A DNA stretch of 64,000 bases from Phoronis australis. Taxonomy: Eukaryota > Animalia > Phoronida. The DNA lies in contig NMRA01000507.1 in NCBI GenBank assembly GCA_002633005.1, forward strand, positions 252,285-316,284, written 5' to 3'. Made by a program: the position numbers and the translations under genes. The notes under the pieces are model-generated. The model was given only the letters and a program-made list of their open reading frames with translations. It made no database searches and was not told the origin of the DNA. Positions 25,720 through 38,544 of the stretch are shown piece after piece (within the stretch, counting starts at the first letter, position 1; every line of letters begins with the position of its first letter).

Positions 25720-26767
25720 TTAAGTAAGTCCTGCCTCATACTGTTTGGACTTACGCTGTGCCTCCTAGTGGTCTTTTCTTGGTTTTTGAGTCTGTTAATC
25801 ACTGACTGCCTCCCTATCTGTCAACTGTCTGAAGATCATAATGTAAGTTGTCAGGGAATGTCTTCCTACTGAGTATACTATTGCTGGCATGATTTTGCGA
25901 CTAGACGCTATCTTAAGTTCATTAATATTGTTCCATTTAGCTGGAATGCTTAAAATTATGACCTATGGTGTATGCGATACACGGGGTGGGCGCTTATTAA
26001 CGCTATGGGTTGTTCTTGTACTGGCAGCTGCGAGCCTCATCTCAGGAATGCGTCCCGTCAATACATCTCCGTGATGTTACAACTCCTTGCTGACGACGGT
26101 TATCACGGTCCTCCCTGTGCCAGGCTAACATTATTTGACGGTTAATTTAGCTAGAGAATACAGTCCAATACAGACCACCAAGACCGCCACCAAAAATCCA
26201 ACACGTTAAACTTTCTTTATCTATCTTCGGTTTTCCGGATTTATGGGCGGATTCGTGTTGGATTGTCTACAAGCTAGCAAGTTGAACAGCGGAGTATGTT
26301 AGGTTACCAAGCTCAGTTTGAACTGCTAGAAAGTGTCCAAAGGACATAACTCTGAGAGTAAGCACTTGGGAAAATATCGCCCTGAAATGCCCCGCACAGA
26401 AAATCCCTGTGGGCCATCTCTGACAGTTTGTAGTAGTCTATCGCTCTTTTTTCTTCCCGTAAAAGCTTGTGCTGCCTGGTACTTTTACTGTAACTAATTT
26501 TAAGCATCGGTAGTTTTCATCCTAGGTCGCCATTGTGATACGATTGGAATGAATTGACAAAATCTGACCTCCAATTCCAAAGCTCTCGTAAACTTTGCGC
26601 ACTTTAGCCATTCTCCAGGGTCGTACCAGAATTGTATGTGTCTATTTTATTCCTTACTTGCAAATAAATATTAAAGTTTATTCATGCTAATTCATTATAA
26701 GCCTTTCTTTCGTCAAGCAAGATCAATTATTTGATTGCAAAATTTATTGTGAATACGAATGGATTAA

Positions 26768-26977
<210 letters not shown>

Positions 26978-29284
26978 TGATTACTATTGCCAAAATTTTC
27001 AAAGTAAACAGAGGTGTTTCCCAAACATACAATATAATTGTACGCGTACGTATAACTAGTTATACTCATACGAACACCGGTGTCCTCCCCATTAATTTGT
27101 TGTGGGAGTCAGTGAAATTGGTGACGACTGCACCGATCGGTCGGATTGGAGGTGACAAAAAAGTGCCAATGTGGTATAAAATAAGTTCTTCAAACATGTT
27201 TTTTGAATGTCTAGACACAAAAATACACACCCATTAACCTGATGCAGTATGTGAGAAAAAGATTACATAACTGCGGCAACAAATGAAAGATATTTTGACA
27301 CAAATTTGTAACAAAATCTCATTTAAAATGTAACATTTTCAAAGTATGTCTACGGATCTTGGTATGAAATATGTTCTTAAAAGTCTTGAGACAAAGAATG
27401 AGAACAGCTATTCTGAATAAGTTGTCTGTTTATTTCTTTTGATGCTGGCGAGCATGTTATCCTTGTCTTTGAAGTCAATAGTGAGCTTGTGAAGAATTTT
27501 GGCTGCAAGGAAACAAAATAGGTTTAAAATCCCACAAAAGGATAGATGTACAAAGCACTTCCGGGACAGGTGACTTATTGTACACGACAAGTCACCTATC
27601 CAGGAGGAAATTGTTTGCGCTGGTTTGAGGTTTCTAGGCTGTAATTTCCACAACACTGCTCCTACGTACAGTGTATTCACTTGTCATGAATTCCATTTTA
27701 GTTCATCCCATGACACATACAAGCACATATTAAAATCTCCAATTTAATGTCAATATTCGACAATTCTCATATCAGAGTTCAGTTAGACAGTGTTACTGTC
27801 TTTGAACAGAACCCAGACACGAAATCCGTTCCGTTGGCCATATGTCAAAGCCTTTTGGAAATTTTTGCCTCCCAGAGGACAAACCATTGAAGTCACGTTG
27901 CTAAAAGCACCTTTCAGATATAAAGGCGTCCCTTTGGAGGCGATCGAGTTCTTTTAAATGCTTCTAACAATTACGTTAAGTACAGATCTCGCTAAGTAAT
28001 TTCATCCGATTGACATGTGAACTAGCAGGTAAATTTCGTGAGACAAAACTTGTAATAAATTGAATGCCAAATTCAGCCTTTCACATGGTATTTGAAAGAC
28101 TACGCCATCTCTAAGTTATTTAGGCATTTCAAGAGTTATAGATCAACGTGTTGTTCATCTTCATCATCATATCACACAAAGCATAGCAATAATCTAATAA
28201 CTGTTAACCAATGAGTACTCAACGTCGGGTTCACTACCAATTTCATAACGGCATGTGGTCTAAATCAGAAGTTATTTGTTGTGAAAGAAGGTTGGCTTAT
28301 AGCCGCTATACCTGGTGTCACTCATTCAGGTGTCAGTGTTCGTTAGCTCAGTCTTGAGGTAATTTTGACATGAGCTACAAATACAATAACAATTTGTTTT
28401 TATCACGGACAATCAGCCAAGTTGACTTTTTGCATGAAATATATATGCAAATGCGCAAGTTACCTCTGGACGGCTTCCAGCGGTGAGGACTTTCTGTGCA
28501 TTGTGATGGTTGTTTCAGTTTCATTCTAAATTTGAAATCTGTTTCTTTGTCAAATATAATCTTAAAAATGGGTATTCATGAATAAGCCAGTTCTGGTAAC
28601 TTCTAGGACAAATGAATAAAGGTGCACCAAAAATATTCGTCCTAGAAACACCTGTAAGTGGCTTGTGGATGTACAAGGTTTGTTTTGCACTGCTTGGTAA
28701 ACAATCCATAGGAAACTGCATGTGTAGTTTTTAGTATTTACAGTAATTACTCAATTGGTGCTGAAATCAGCAAAATTTGAGTCGAATTCCAGGCAATTTC
28801 CCATGATGTGCTATAAAATTAGGGTTGCCAAAGCAACATAACAGAAATTATGTCAATATCTGCAAGGTTATAGGCGTTATTGGGTATTCTTAAAAACTAA
28901 AGTTAATCTGTTACGTGGAGTTTTTACACATGGTTTTGCTTTTAGTGGGTTTCAAACACTCTGGTACCAAGTTATCGTTTCTGAAACGACTTTTATGATA
29001 CATACGCCATACCATGTTTTTTAAATTCTGCTTTCAAACCTAAGTGTACACTAATGAGATATGCATACTCAGTGTCATAATAATCATTCGTCAATTCTAC
29101 AGACCCTTACAAGTTTGCCAACTTAATAAAGCACGTCCCGTTGAGGAACATTGTCCAAAATGTGGACTTATTCTTTTTGAAGATTAATATTCACCTTTTC
29201 AGAGTTCTAAGACTCACTAAGCCAGTAGACAACTTCTCTAAAATACAAAATTGCCAAATTTACAATATATTTCGAGTCCATTTT

Positions 29285-29475
29285 GACTTCGGATTCAAAG
29301 TCAGAAGTAACGGTTTTGTTTCAGTCAAAAATGCTTTATTACCACTTTTCGGACTTATACCGGTATTTCCAGGTACCTACATTTCTTCGAAGACAGAAGT
29401 AACGTTTTTTGTTTCAGTCAAAAAGTTTTTGTTGCCACTTTTCGGGCTCATATCGGTATTTGCAGGACGGTACCA
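29285..29475. repeat. Two tandem units of about 100 bp
   Basis: CAGAAGTAACG.TTTTGTTTCAGTCAAAAA...CCACTTTTCGG.CT.ATA.CGGTATTT.CAGG occurs twice. Confidence 0.85.
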
Positions 29476-29977
29476 TTATTTTGCGCACCCACAGTTTCCC
29501 AGCCGATGTTCACAGTTCCAATATTCCCAGATAGCCGGCTGCTGTTGTATTCCGTGCACAATGTTTTCAGAACCCTATTATTCTGCCGTCTCAATGTTCC
29601 CTTGCTCAAAATTCTTGAGCTCTGATGTTCCCATTTTCCGATGTCTCCAATTTTGTTAGAAAATTATTGTCGTTACACGTTTTCTTAATCGTCAATTAAA
29701 TGCCGCAGCAAAACGTTCCCCAATAAACGTGTATTCGGACCACATTTTTTACATTTATTACGACACGCAAAGTGCAATAAATTTTTGTTTTTACTGAGTG
29801 AGTTCTATATATTGTAATGCTCAGAAAGACAGTTGTTTCCCACATTTAGACCCTTTGTGGGATTAGGAAGAACTTTCACTCCCACGGTTTAGTGCCGCTC
29901 TGGCGGCAAATCCTCCAAATACCTCATGGAACAGGAATTACAGCCTCGTCATCTAATAACGTATATTTTAATTTCAG

Positions 29978-30084
29978 TTATATCTGACGATGGTGTTGTC
30001 CACCGACTTCCAATACACAATATTCACCAGTGGCGGTGGTTGGCAGGAAATTCTGGAACCGATGACGGTCATATTACATTTATT
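29978..30084 (+). CDS. Gene A exon 9: CTHRC1-like domain 3, N-terminal exon
   Basis: ATTTCAG| ... ATT|GTAAGT. Reads VISDDGVVHRLPIHNIHQWRWLAGNSGTDDGHITFI. Phase 1 to 0. Confidence 0.8.
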
Positions 30085-31839
30085 GTAAGTTCACATCCCG
30101 TCAGCTGCGTTGATATCTTAGATACACAAGCCAACCTTTCAAATGTACATCCATTGACCGTTTTACTGATAGCGAAATCGATGGGTGCGCATGCATTTCA
30201 CCCGGAGAGTAGATTTGTTGGATACGACTCATCCAGTTCAGAATCCAGAAACCGTCACACAGACGACCGTTTGGTCGATAAGCTGGTAGTTGATTTTGGA
30301 TCTACAAAATGGCTAGGGATCTATGCCACACCAATGATATACTGAGCTTCTAGTCCTGTCTCCTTGAAGCACTACTAAAGTGAAGTATTTTCTATAAGTC
30401 CTTTATGGCTACTAGCAGTGCTGGATGGGATGACTGTTCTCTCACAATCCTCGGGGTATTTGACGGCTAACAATAGCCTTAAAAATCATTGGGCTTGCAA
30501 TTGGAAAAAAATCAAGTATAGACTCGTGGGCCTATACGAATGGAGACCTTATTGCAATCATCTGTGGTGTGTAGAATTTCACAAAATCAACCACTGTGAG
30601 ACAAGTCAGACTTTCTGTGAAATTTAACGTCGGTACAAAGAGTCTTCATTACACATTGGTAAACTAGTCACATCTAAAAGAATTGGTAGACAAACGCCGT
30701 TTCAGTAAACGCGCAGATCTCGAGCTGGATTGGTGTGATGAAAGTGTTGTAAAGACTGCATAATGAAACTGATAATTGTCGGGATATAACTCCAAACGTT
30801 CAAGAAGCACCGTTGGCAAGTAATCTTAGTTGTTTTTGGCAGGACTAATTTAGAACTATACACTACTCGTATCAACGTGAAGTTCCGGTAGGTAATTACA
30901 GCGTCTTGGATGTAGCGCGTCACAAATTTGGAGACTCGCTGCAATTTTGTGAAGATGCCTTGCTGAAGTAAAGGTTTTTGTCAAAATATTGCAAAAATTA
31001 ACAGCATCTTTCGCTTTTTTGCCACTGTATCCTCTTTCATCTTTCGATGATATCTGAAACCTGTGAGTTTTATCAGTCTTCGTTCGAATGTCTATATTGT
31101 TTAATCAGGTCATTATCGATCCACATCTGTCAAACATATGTAGATAGGAGTTCCGAACGTCTTGCGCCCAAAATCACTGTTGAAGGAATGATGCATTAAA
31201 GATACAGGTTGAAGTGGAAAGAAAATCAGAATAAAAATACTGTTTTGTCCAGTCAAAGCCACACTAACTAAGTTAGACCGGCACTGTCTCTGTGACACCC
31301 ATATCAATCCAGTTGGTTTTTGCTGTTTTGCATCATCTACAATCTTGACATTCCTCTCTATCCTGTGAATGGCTCTGTTCGTAGTCATCATGTACATACA
31401 CTGCAATGCAATGAATGGGTCAACTTGTCTTACAGTTGTAAGAGGTTAATGTCTAAAGTCCAAAGTTTCTATAGTCCGAAGATTATAGTCCGAAGGCTCT
31501 GTAGTCCGAAGCTTCGATAGTACGACAACACTCGATGTATCTATAATCGGATGGTTCTATTTTCGGTTCTATACAACCTTTGGACTTATAACCTTAGATC
31601 TACGTAATGATTTTCGTACTATCGAAACTTTGGCTAAAGGAGCCTTCAGATTATAGAGGCCCAACCTTTGTAATTTGGTGGTGTCAAAGGCATGCTGGAC
31701 AGCAACCCTACAATCATTGACCATTGGTGGTCATATGGACAACTGCTAATGGGTGGACCGTGCCCCTTCTGAGAATTGTCCTTGAGTGATACACGCGCTA
31801 CATGATTGTGAGCTGTCAACTTCTGTTTGTATATTTCAG

Positions 31840-32059
31840 GACGTTAACTATGTAAAAAAGTCTTCGCTCAGTTACATACGCGTTTATTACCAAGGTGACA
31901 TGAGACAACGCACAAACGGAAATTTGCGTGTCAGAGCCTGTGCAAGATGGTTCTTCAAATTCAATGGTAACGAATGCTCCAAACCTGGTACAATAGCTGG
32001 AATTATTTCTGTCCGTTCCTATGATGCTGTCGATTACAACCATCATCATCCCTCCGTTG
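31840..32059 (+). CDS. Gene A exon 10: CTHRC1-like domain 3, middle exon
   Basis: ATTTCAG| ... G|GTGGGT. Reads DVNYVKKSSLSYIRVYYQGDMRQRTNGNLRVRACARWFFKFNGNECSKPGTIAGIISVRSYDAVDYNHHHPSV. Confidence 0.9.
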
Positions 32060-32698
32060 GTGGGTATTTACCATTTACATCATTCTTTTGGTTGATTACT
32101 TTGTCTTTTTGTAGTGTCTATGTACAAGGTGATCCAAGAATATTACGATTAAATACGACTTATTTTGGGTAAATTGTTTTCCAAATTTTTCAAAAGCGTG
32201 TCCCTATGACATTGAAATTTTGTTTGATAGAGTTTATTAAGAGATGATGATGTCACTGAAAACACGAAGTAAGGACATGCGCAATCACAGTTCCTACATG
32301 TCCAAAACCGAACCACATGTTGAACTGAGGCGACAGCAACTTATTTCGTTCACCTCTCGATTTTTGTATGGTGGTCTGTTTTTTAACACTTTTTAATTTT
32401 TGGTACTTTCCATAAGGGCGAAAAGTACTTTACTGGTCAAAATTTCTTTTCACCCCATGGAGAAAACTGAACACACTTTTCGCAGAGGTAAACATTACTT
32501 TCCAATTGGATACATAGTCATTTTTCACCTTGAAGGAAAGTGTATTTCACCCTGGTGAAAAGAAATCTTCATCTTGGTGTGAAGTACTTTTCATTGTGTT
32601 TGAAAGTACCAAGAAACATAAAAATGTCAGTTGTAGATCACCTTAGTTTAAGCCATTCAGAACAAATGACTACCTATTTAAACCTGTTTGATTTTCAG

Positions 32699-32838
32699 TG
32701 GAAGGGCTTTGCAAGTTAGATGCTGGAACATACAACATACGTCTCTATGTTGAATCCTGCAGTGAGTACAACGACGCCGCCACGTGCTACGCGTCTCCCT
32801 GCCGTCTGGTGGCCGAGGAAGTGTATTTAACAGAATAG
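32699..32838 (+). CDS. Gene A exon 11: CTHRC1-like domain 3, terminal exon with stop
   Basis: TTTTCAG| then VEGLCKLDAGTYNIRLYVESCSEYNDAATCYASPCRLVAEEVYLTE* (TAG at 32836-32838). Confidence 0.88.
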
Positions 32839-35800
32839 AATGTCAAAGAAGCGTATTACACATTTTGGAGTTATTTGATGGACAGTTTTGTGTTGAATGT
32901 GAAGCTGTAGCATATATATATCAGAAAATATGTAAGACTTTTACAAAGTGAAACCCTGTTTCAACTTGTTAAAGTTCTATGTCTCATGACTCTGGTGGTC
33001 GAGGAATGTTTCTAACGGAATAGAGACAAAAAATTGTCCATTACCCTTACCTTATTCAAAAGATTAGCGAATGTTTGAAAACTATGGTACATGCAAAAAT
33101 GCAGCTGTAATTGACAAGCGTCACGATTCATGGGTGAACGACTGCCCGCCTCAAACCACAGAGTCTACTTTGTGACCTTCATGAGGACTGTGTGTTTTAT
33201 TAAATGTTGTCATCTCTCTGGGCATGTAACCTTATAAGTCGTGCGTGTTGCAAATAATTTGCTTGGTATATCCAAAACAGGATGGCTACCATTAAAAGCG
33301 GTTATAAACCAAACTTCCCATTTCTGCCCACAAGAAAACACTTCGTCTGTACTCTTTTGCATATGACACATCGCCTTGACCAAAAACGTGAGAAATGGGT
33401 GATAGGTGAGACCTTGCGAGACGTTTGTGAATCAGAGGCATTATAGGAAATTCGTACATGGTACTCAATTTCCTTAAGCATACCTCATACAATTACCGTA
33501 GATGGACAGAGGTGTTACGAAAAACAGTAATTTATGCGAAAAATCCCAGTTACGGAGCTTTCAAAGTATAGTGCGGACCACGCGATGTTACATTGATGGC
33601 CTAATAAGAGAGGGAGAAAGCTCTCTAAAAGCGTAGGAATTCTTGGTTATGGGCCTGGATATTTTAGTCGTGGCCCTCATGTTTTAAAGCACATGCTCGA
33701 ACCAAGCAAGTTCATGATTTTGGCGTCCTCCGTTCTTTTTTAGCGCTCAGTTTTGTCCAAAAAGAATACTTGTCAGTGTCAAAAATACACGACTCCGTGG
33801 TTTCTTTTACCCTTTTGAATATTTTGGTGGAGTAAACAAACCAATTCACGTGCCTTTTCCATGTAAATGGATGCAAGAGCAAGGACAGTTAAAACCAATA
33901 TTTTTCGAAAGATATCGACTAGACTGTCAAATGTTTGCAATTATGCCAATCCCGGCGTATGATTCCATATGTACTTTTGTTCCGTTGTAATAAATAATGT
34001 GCACTATCCACAACTGTCATGATTTTCATGTAGTACTGTTATCCACTTTGGTTTTCAATGAACATTTAATTTATTGATGTATAGATTCCATTCTAACAAC
34101 TTGTAACTATGGACGTGTTAGCTGTTGATATGCATTTGTCTTTTATAAGCCCCAAACACTAGTGGTATGTTACCTGTTATTGTGAAGGTGTCCATTCCAA
34201 CAACCTGCATGCTATTTACACGTTAGCTATTGATATACAAATATCCATTCTATTGGCCCATTAGCTAGTGATTGATATGCAGATATCTGTTTTGGCAACA
34301 TAACTAAGAACATCGTCTTGGGGGCCTTTTTGAGAGAAACAGGTTATAATGAGCTGTTATGTACATGTACGTGTCTGTCATTGTGCGAAGCCTGGACATT
34401 AATACGGCGTATTCGTTTCTCTATACCCAGAACCCGTGACAAATAGCGCCCAGGGTATGGTCAGTTATTGCTACTAAATTAAATGAGAAAATCTTATAAG
34501 TTACACCCTGTCGATTTCCTGGACTTAGTCAACCCCTAACTTTTCCGGCGCCTCTGGCGCACCTATCGTTTTTATCGTGACAAGCAGAAAGGCTTCCGAT
34601 AGAGTGAAGCCACGGGTAACACTGACACTTAAATTCATAGGGCGTTACCGTGTGCCACTATTATCACGTTTTCTTCCGTAGATGGCTGGATGCAGGCCGT
34701 CACTTAACCGTTACCGCAAAGCGTTCTACACACAGTACGAATGACTGATTTTGACCTTATCATTAGCCTTAGTCAACCAAAGCCCTTGTTTGCACATGAG
34801 TCGCTGACAACTGAAAAACGCCATAATTGGCAGAATTATACACTAAGGGATTTCTCAAAAGTGGAGATTTTTAATAAAGCCATGTCTTTTATCCGTGCTA
34901 CATTCACAGTGAAAAACGAATTACAAAAAAGTCGGATGTTGGCATATTCTTACCCAAGATCACAAATTCACGACTGCCACAATGCAAAAAAGATCATCAC
35001 CTGAATGCTCTTTTACTCTAGATTCCAGAAAATTAGGTTGAAATATGTCAATACCAACCAGATTTCTGACAATTTCCACTTGTCAGAAGGGTACCTGGAT
35101 TCGCGCCAGTCGCACCAAGAATTCAACACTCAACAAGTATGTGCTGTTAAAGTGCCGTACCTTTGTAGACAAGAGAAGAGGCCAAATTTTTAGATTCAGT
35201 TCACTCAAAACAACTTCAAGGGCTCCTGAATACCATTCGTGGCAATCACTTCCCATTTAATCCACAAAACTGCCGCCAAACCCCACCCACCTCATTTTCT
35301 TCATTTTGGGGGAACTACAAAAGCCTCTACTGTGGTCTTAGACATTACGCGATTGTTACAAATGACTTACATGTACCATGGGTGTTTCACGTATGACATG
35401 GCAAAGTGTCTGAACTATCTGTTATAGGGTATGATGTATTCATTGTGGTGGCTATGTGTTAATAAAAGCTATATGTGTAGTTCCAATAGTAGACCAGTTT
35501 TACATACAAGTTAGCGTGAAGGTAAACTGCTTCATTTTTGGAGTGCTGCAAGGTGATTTCGGTGACAATTTTTGTTATTGTTTGTTATTATTTTCGGTGT
35601 TGTATTTTCATAGTCTGGCATTGAGTTATGTTCATGCAAACCAAAATGCTGTTTAACTTGTAATTTATCCCATACGTGTTGAACAAGTCGAGTGCAATAC
35701 GGCCATGTGATATTGTTTCCCGTATGGCCTTCCCGAGATTACTACAAAAGTGAGCTTTGATATGAAAAGGTGGGTCAATGTAGACTTGACGTCGTTAGCC

Positions 35801-36871
35801 GGTTCGATCATCAAACTTTCCCAAGATAGGTTAAAGTATTAGAATTGTAACAACATTATTAGCACTCAATAATGAGGTCCCAAACGTAACATCTGGTACA
35901 AAACTGTTAATTATGTCTCAGTCTTACTTGCTAAATATTATATCGTCTGCAACTCAGGCGCCGATTCCTCGGTAAGTACAATATTAAATATAGCTATTTG
36001 ATTATTTTCAAGAAGTGTTACAATTTCAATGCTTCACCGTTGCTTTCATCTTTGTTGTACCTTTTCAAGTAATAAATGGTTCTATTTAAAACTGTTTCTT
36101 TTACTAGAGAAAACTGGTAACCAAGCGCGCAAGTACATACGCATATGATGTGATCCACTACTTGAACAGTCTGAATGAAGTATTTAAAAATCTGCTGAAA
36201 AATGAAAGAAACTTTGGAACTTGAAGCGTATGGGATAAATACAAAACGTACCTCGATTGGCGTAGATAAAGTAATGTCCCACGTATCGGCCTCGACCTTC
36301 GGTCTTGTGGGATATTACTTCATTTACAGCACTCTTGGTACGTTTTGTGCATGTCTTCGTGAAGAATTTGGTGGAATAGACTATCGCTAGCGGTGTTAAA
36401 TATTGATATACAGATCCATTCTGACAAACTGAACACTATTGATAAAACAGATTGGCATCTCTTCTGGCACCTGAGTGCAAACCTCGTGTTGGGTGCAGTC
36501 GTTAGAGTGATTTTGCGATCGGTGGTTGTGTGGTTGAAGGTCTGTGTGTAAAGTTCCAATATTCCAAATAACTCCAGTCCTGGCCTGGTTTGTGTTTACT
36601 CTGAACCCGTGTCTATAGTAATGGATATTATCAGTCATCCATCGGTGAAATAGATAAAGAGAAAATTAGAAATCTTTACTGGATTTACTTGAAAAAATTA
36701 AGTAACGTTTCGTCCACCACGGTGACTTAACATACTTCTGCAACATCTGTTGGTCTGTGTTAATCTTGACATAAACGGCGAGAGACTTTGAATGAAACCG
36801 CGTCCCAGGTTTGTGATAGGTTGATTTCCTTTGTTCCTCTTCAATTTAAGCTAGGATGGGTGCTTGATGCA

Positions 36872-37622
36872 TTGTTCTAAAACCCCTCGACCCACGACCC
36901 CCTTGACCCACGACATACAACCTCCTCGACCCAGTCTAGACACAAGCTCGACTCGATCTGAACATAGAACAAGCGTTGACTTGCAGGACCAGTACGTTGG
37001 GCCGTGAGCTTGACTGGCTTTTCCCTGTTTTTGCAATTAAGATAGTTGATTGGGCAAGTTTGAAAGCCAAACACAAAAACCCAACCAAATCAAACTAAAG
37101 AACTAATAACGTTAAAAATGTCTTTCCGGCAGAGTCTCGTCTACTCTTCAGTGAATGATAGATTCAACTTTTTTTGCAGAGACTGCGAGGAACCGAAAAA
37201 ACTATAATTTCAACAGTAAATACAGTTTGAAAAAGCAAACTTCATTAAAAAGTATTTCAACGTTATGTGTTGTATATTGTAAACGAGTGTACAACAGAAA
37301 GCAAATATTAAAATATGAAAATAACCTACTCTCCCCTTAAGTTTTGTAGAACTGGGCCCTTGGTAGCCGCTCGTAGAACAATATTCGTGACGACGATTGC
37401 GCGCTCACAATGTGCTATTTCAAATGACGTTCTCACGCCACTTTCTGTTATTAAATCACTAAGTTTGAGCCAGAGCAGACTCGCGTGTAGGTATGGGAAA
37501 GTCACTCAATGACGTAGGAAGATTATGAAATATGTAAAAAACGCAAAAATATCTCCATTGCCACAGGTCGTGGGTCGAGGGGGTCGTGGGGTTTTGGGGT
37601 CGAGGGGTTTTTATAACAATCC
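36872..37622. mobile_element. MITE with terminal inverted repeats and subterminal GACCCACGACCC repeats
   Basis: Left ATTGTTCTAAAACCCCTCGACCC versus right GGGTCGAGGGGTTTTATAACAAT. The interior is non-coding. Confidence 0.8.
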
Positions 37623-38238
37623 GTGCTCGACTCTTTTATGGTGTTGTCCTCCAAGCACAGAAATGACATTTATGAAACTGAAAACTGTTTTACTCCCGAA
37701 GACAAAATCTCTTCTGACTGAAGAGCACAAGTCAACCAAGAAGATCAGCACAAGTCATTAGAGTCATTTCTGGTGCAACTCTTGATCTCAATAAGACTGA
37801 AATTTGTGCCACGACATGGGTACACACACCATGTAACGATAAAGACCGATGGCCAAGTGAATTTTGTAGGCATACGTAGAACAAAAACCCCGAAATTGAG
37901 ATTTGCCATGGGCCCATCCTATAGTTCATCCGCCTTTAACGGGTACATGTGTACAAAGTGCAATTGATGACACGTTCCTGTGTATGCATTTAGGTTTTGG
38001 TCTCAAAATGCGTAATCAAAAAGTGGGGACCTAGCGTTGGCCGGGGAAAGTTCTATGTTATCCTTAGTGCTTTTTGTTTTTTGTGTAAAGTTACAGACAA
38101 CTTAAAGTGTTTGGAGCAAATGCAAAACATCAATTTGCGCTGACATAACTCATACGAAACCTGCATTTGCAAACAAAACAATTTTTAAAGACAGCTGCGA
38201 AATCTATCGTGATAAGTCCATTCACGAGATACAGAAAA

Positions 38239-38363
38239 TTAACCAACTGGTGGACTGCCATTTGATAGACTGCAACAATTGAACGGAACATCGTTGAGTT
38301 CTGTATCGTCTCCGTTTCCTTAGTGTTCTCCAGTGCGCGTCTGGGTATCACCTATGGCCGCCC
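38239..38363 (-). pseudogene. Dead duplicate of the VMO1 terminal exon
   Basis: Reads [40 protein letters not shown], with an in-frame TAA and loss of the AIC cysteine. The adjacent intron (to about 38543) matches 52803-53030. No upstream exons are present. Confidence 0.85.
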
Positions 38364-38544
38364 CTAAAACACATAACGGAATTGTTGATGAATAAGATTT
38401 TCTTTGGTATGTGGAGCTTGGCTGGACAAGTAGTTGCAAACTGATTTATGGAAATACAAGTTTTGATTTATCGTAAAACATGGTCTTGCTTTGTTCCTTA
38501 CTCTGTTCAGAAGTCATCTCTGAACTTGGAAGAACTGAAGATTC

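Larger units (their letters stand above)
31333..38543. repeat. Segmental duplication copy A (CTHRC1-like 3' exons plus VMO1 3' end)
   Basis: Colinear matches seen by eye: 31333-36190 with 43094-46800 (about 1.15 kb extra in A near 34060-35205), 38058-38120 with 47024-47085, and 38240-38543 with 52678-53030. Confidence 0.85.

Noticed and set aside
31460-31660. TAGTCCGAAG repeats with a period of about 15 bp (also 43205-43390 and about 62460-62640) as a CRISPR-like array
   Set aside because: These are degenerate short tandem units without unique spacers, in eukaryotic DNA. They are typical of non-autonomous transposon interiors.
35914-35971. Short ATG-initiated exon with donor CG|GTAAGT (paralogue at 46533-46591) as first exon for the fourth domain
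   Set aside because: The phase-2 donor does not fit the phase-0 acceptor at 43573, and no linking exon was found.
37797-37865. Candidate N exon for the fourth CTHRC1-like domain (..KTDGQVNF|GTAGGC)
   Set aside because: It lacks the conserved N..Q..W motif and a good acceptor. The similarity is too weak.
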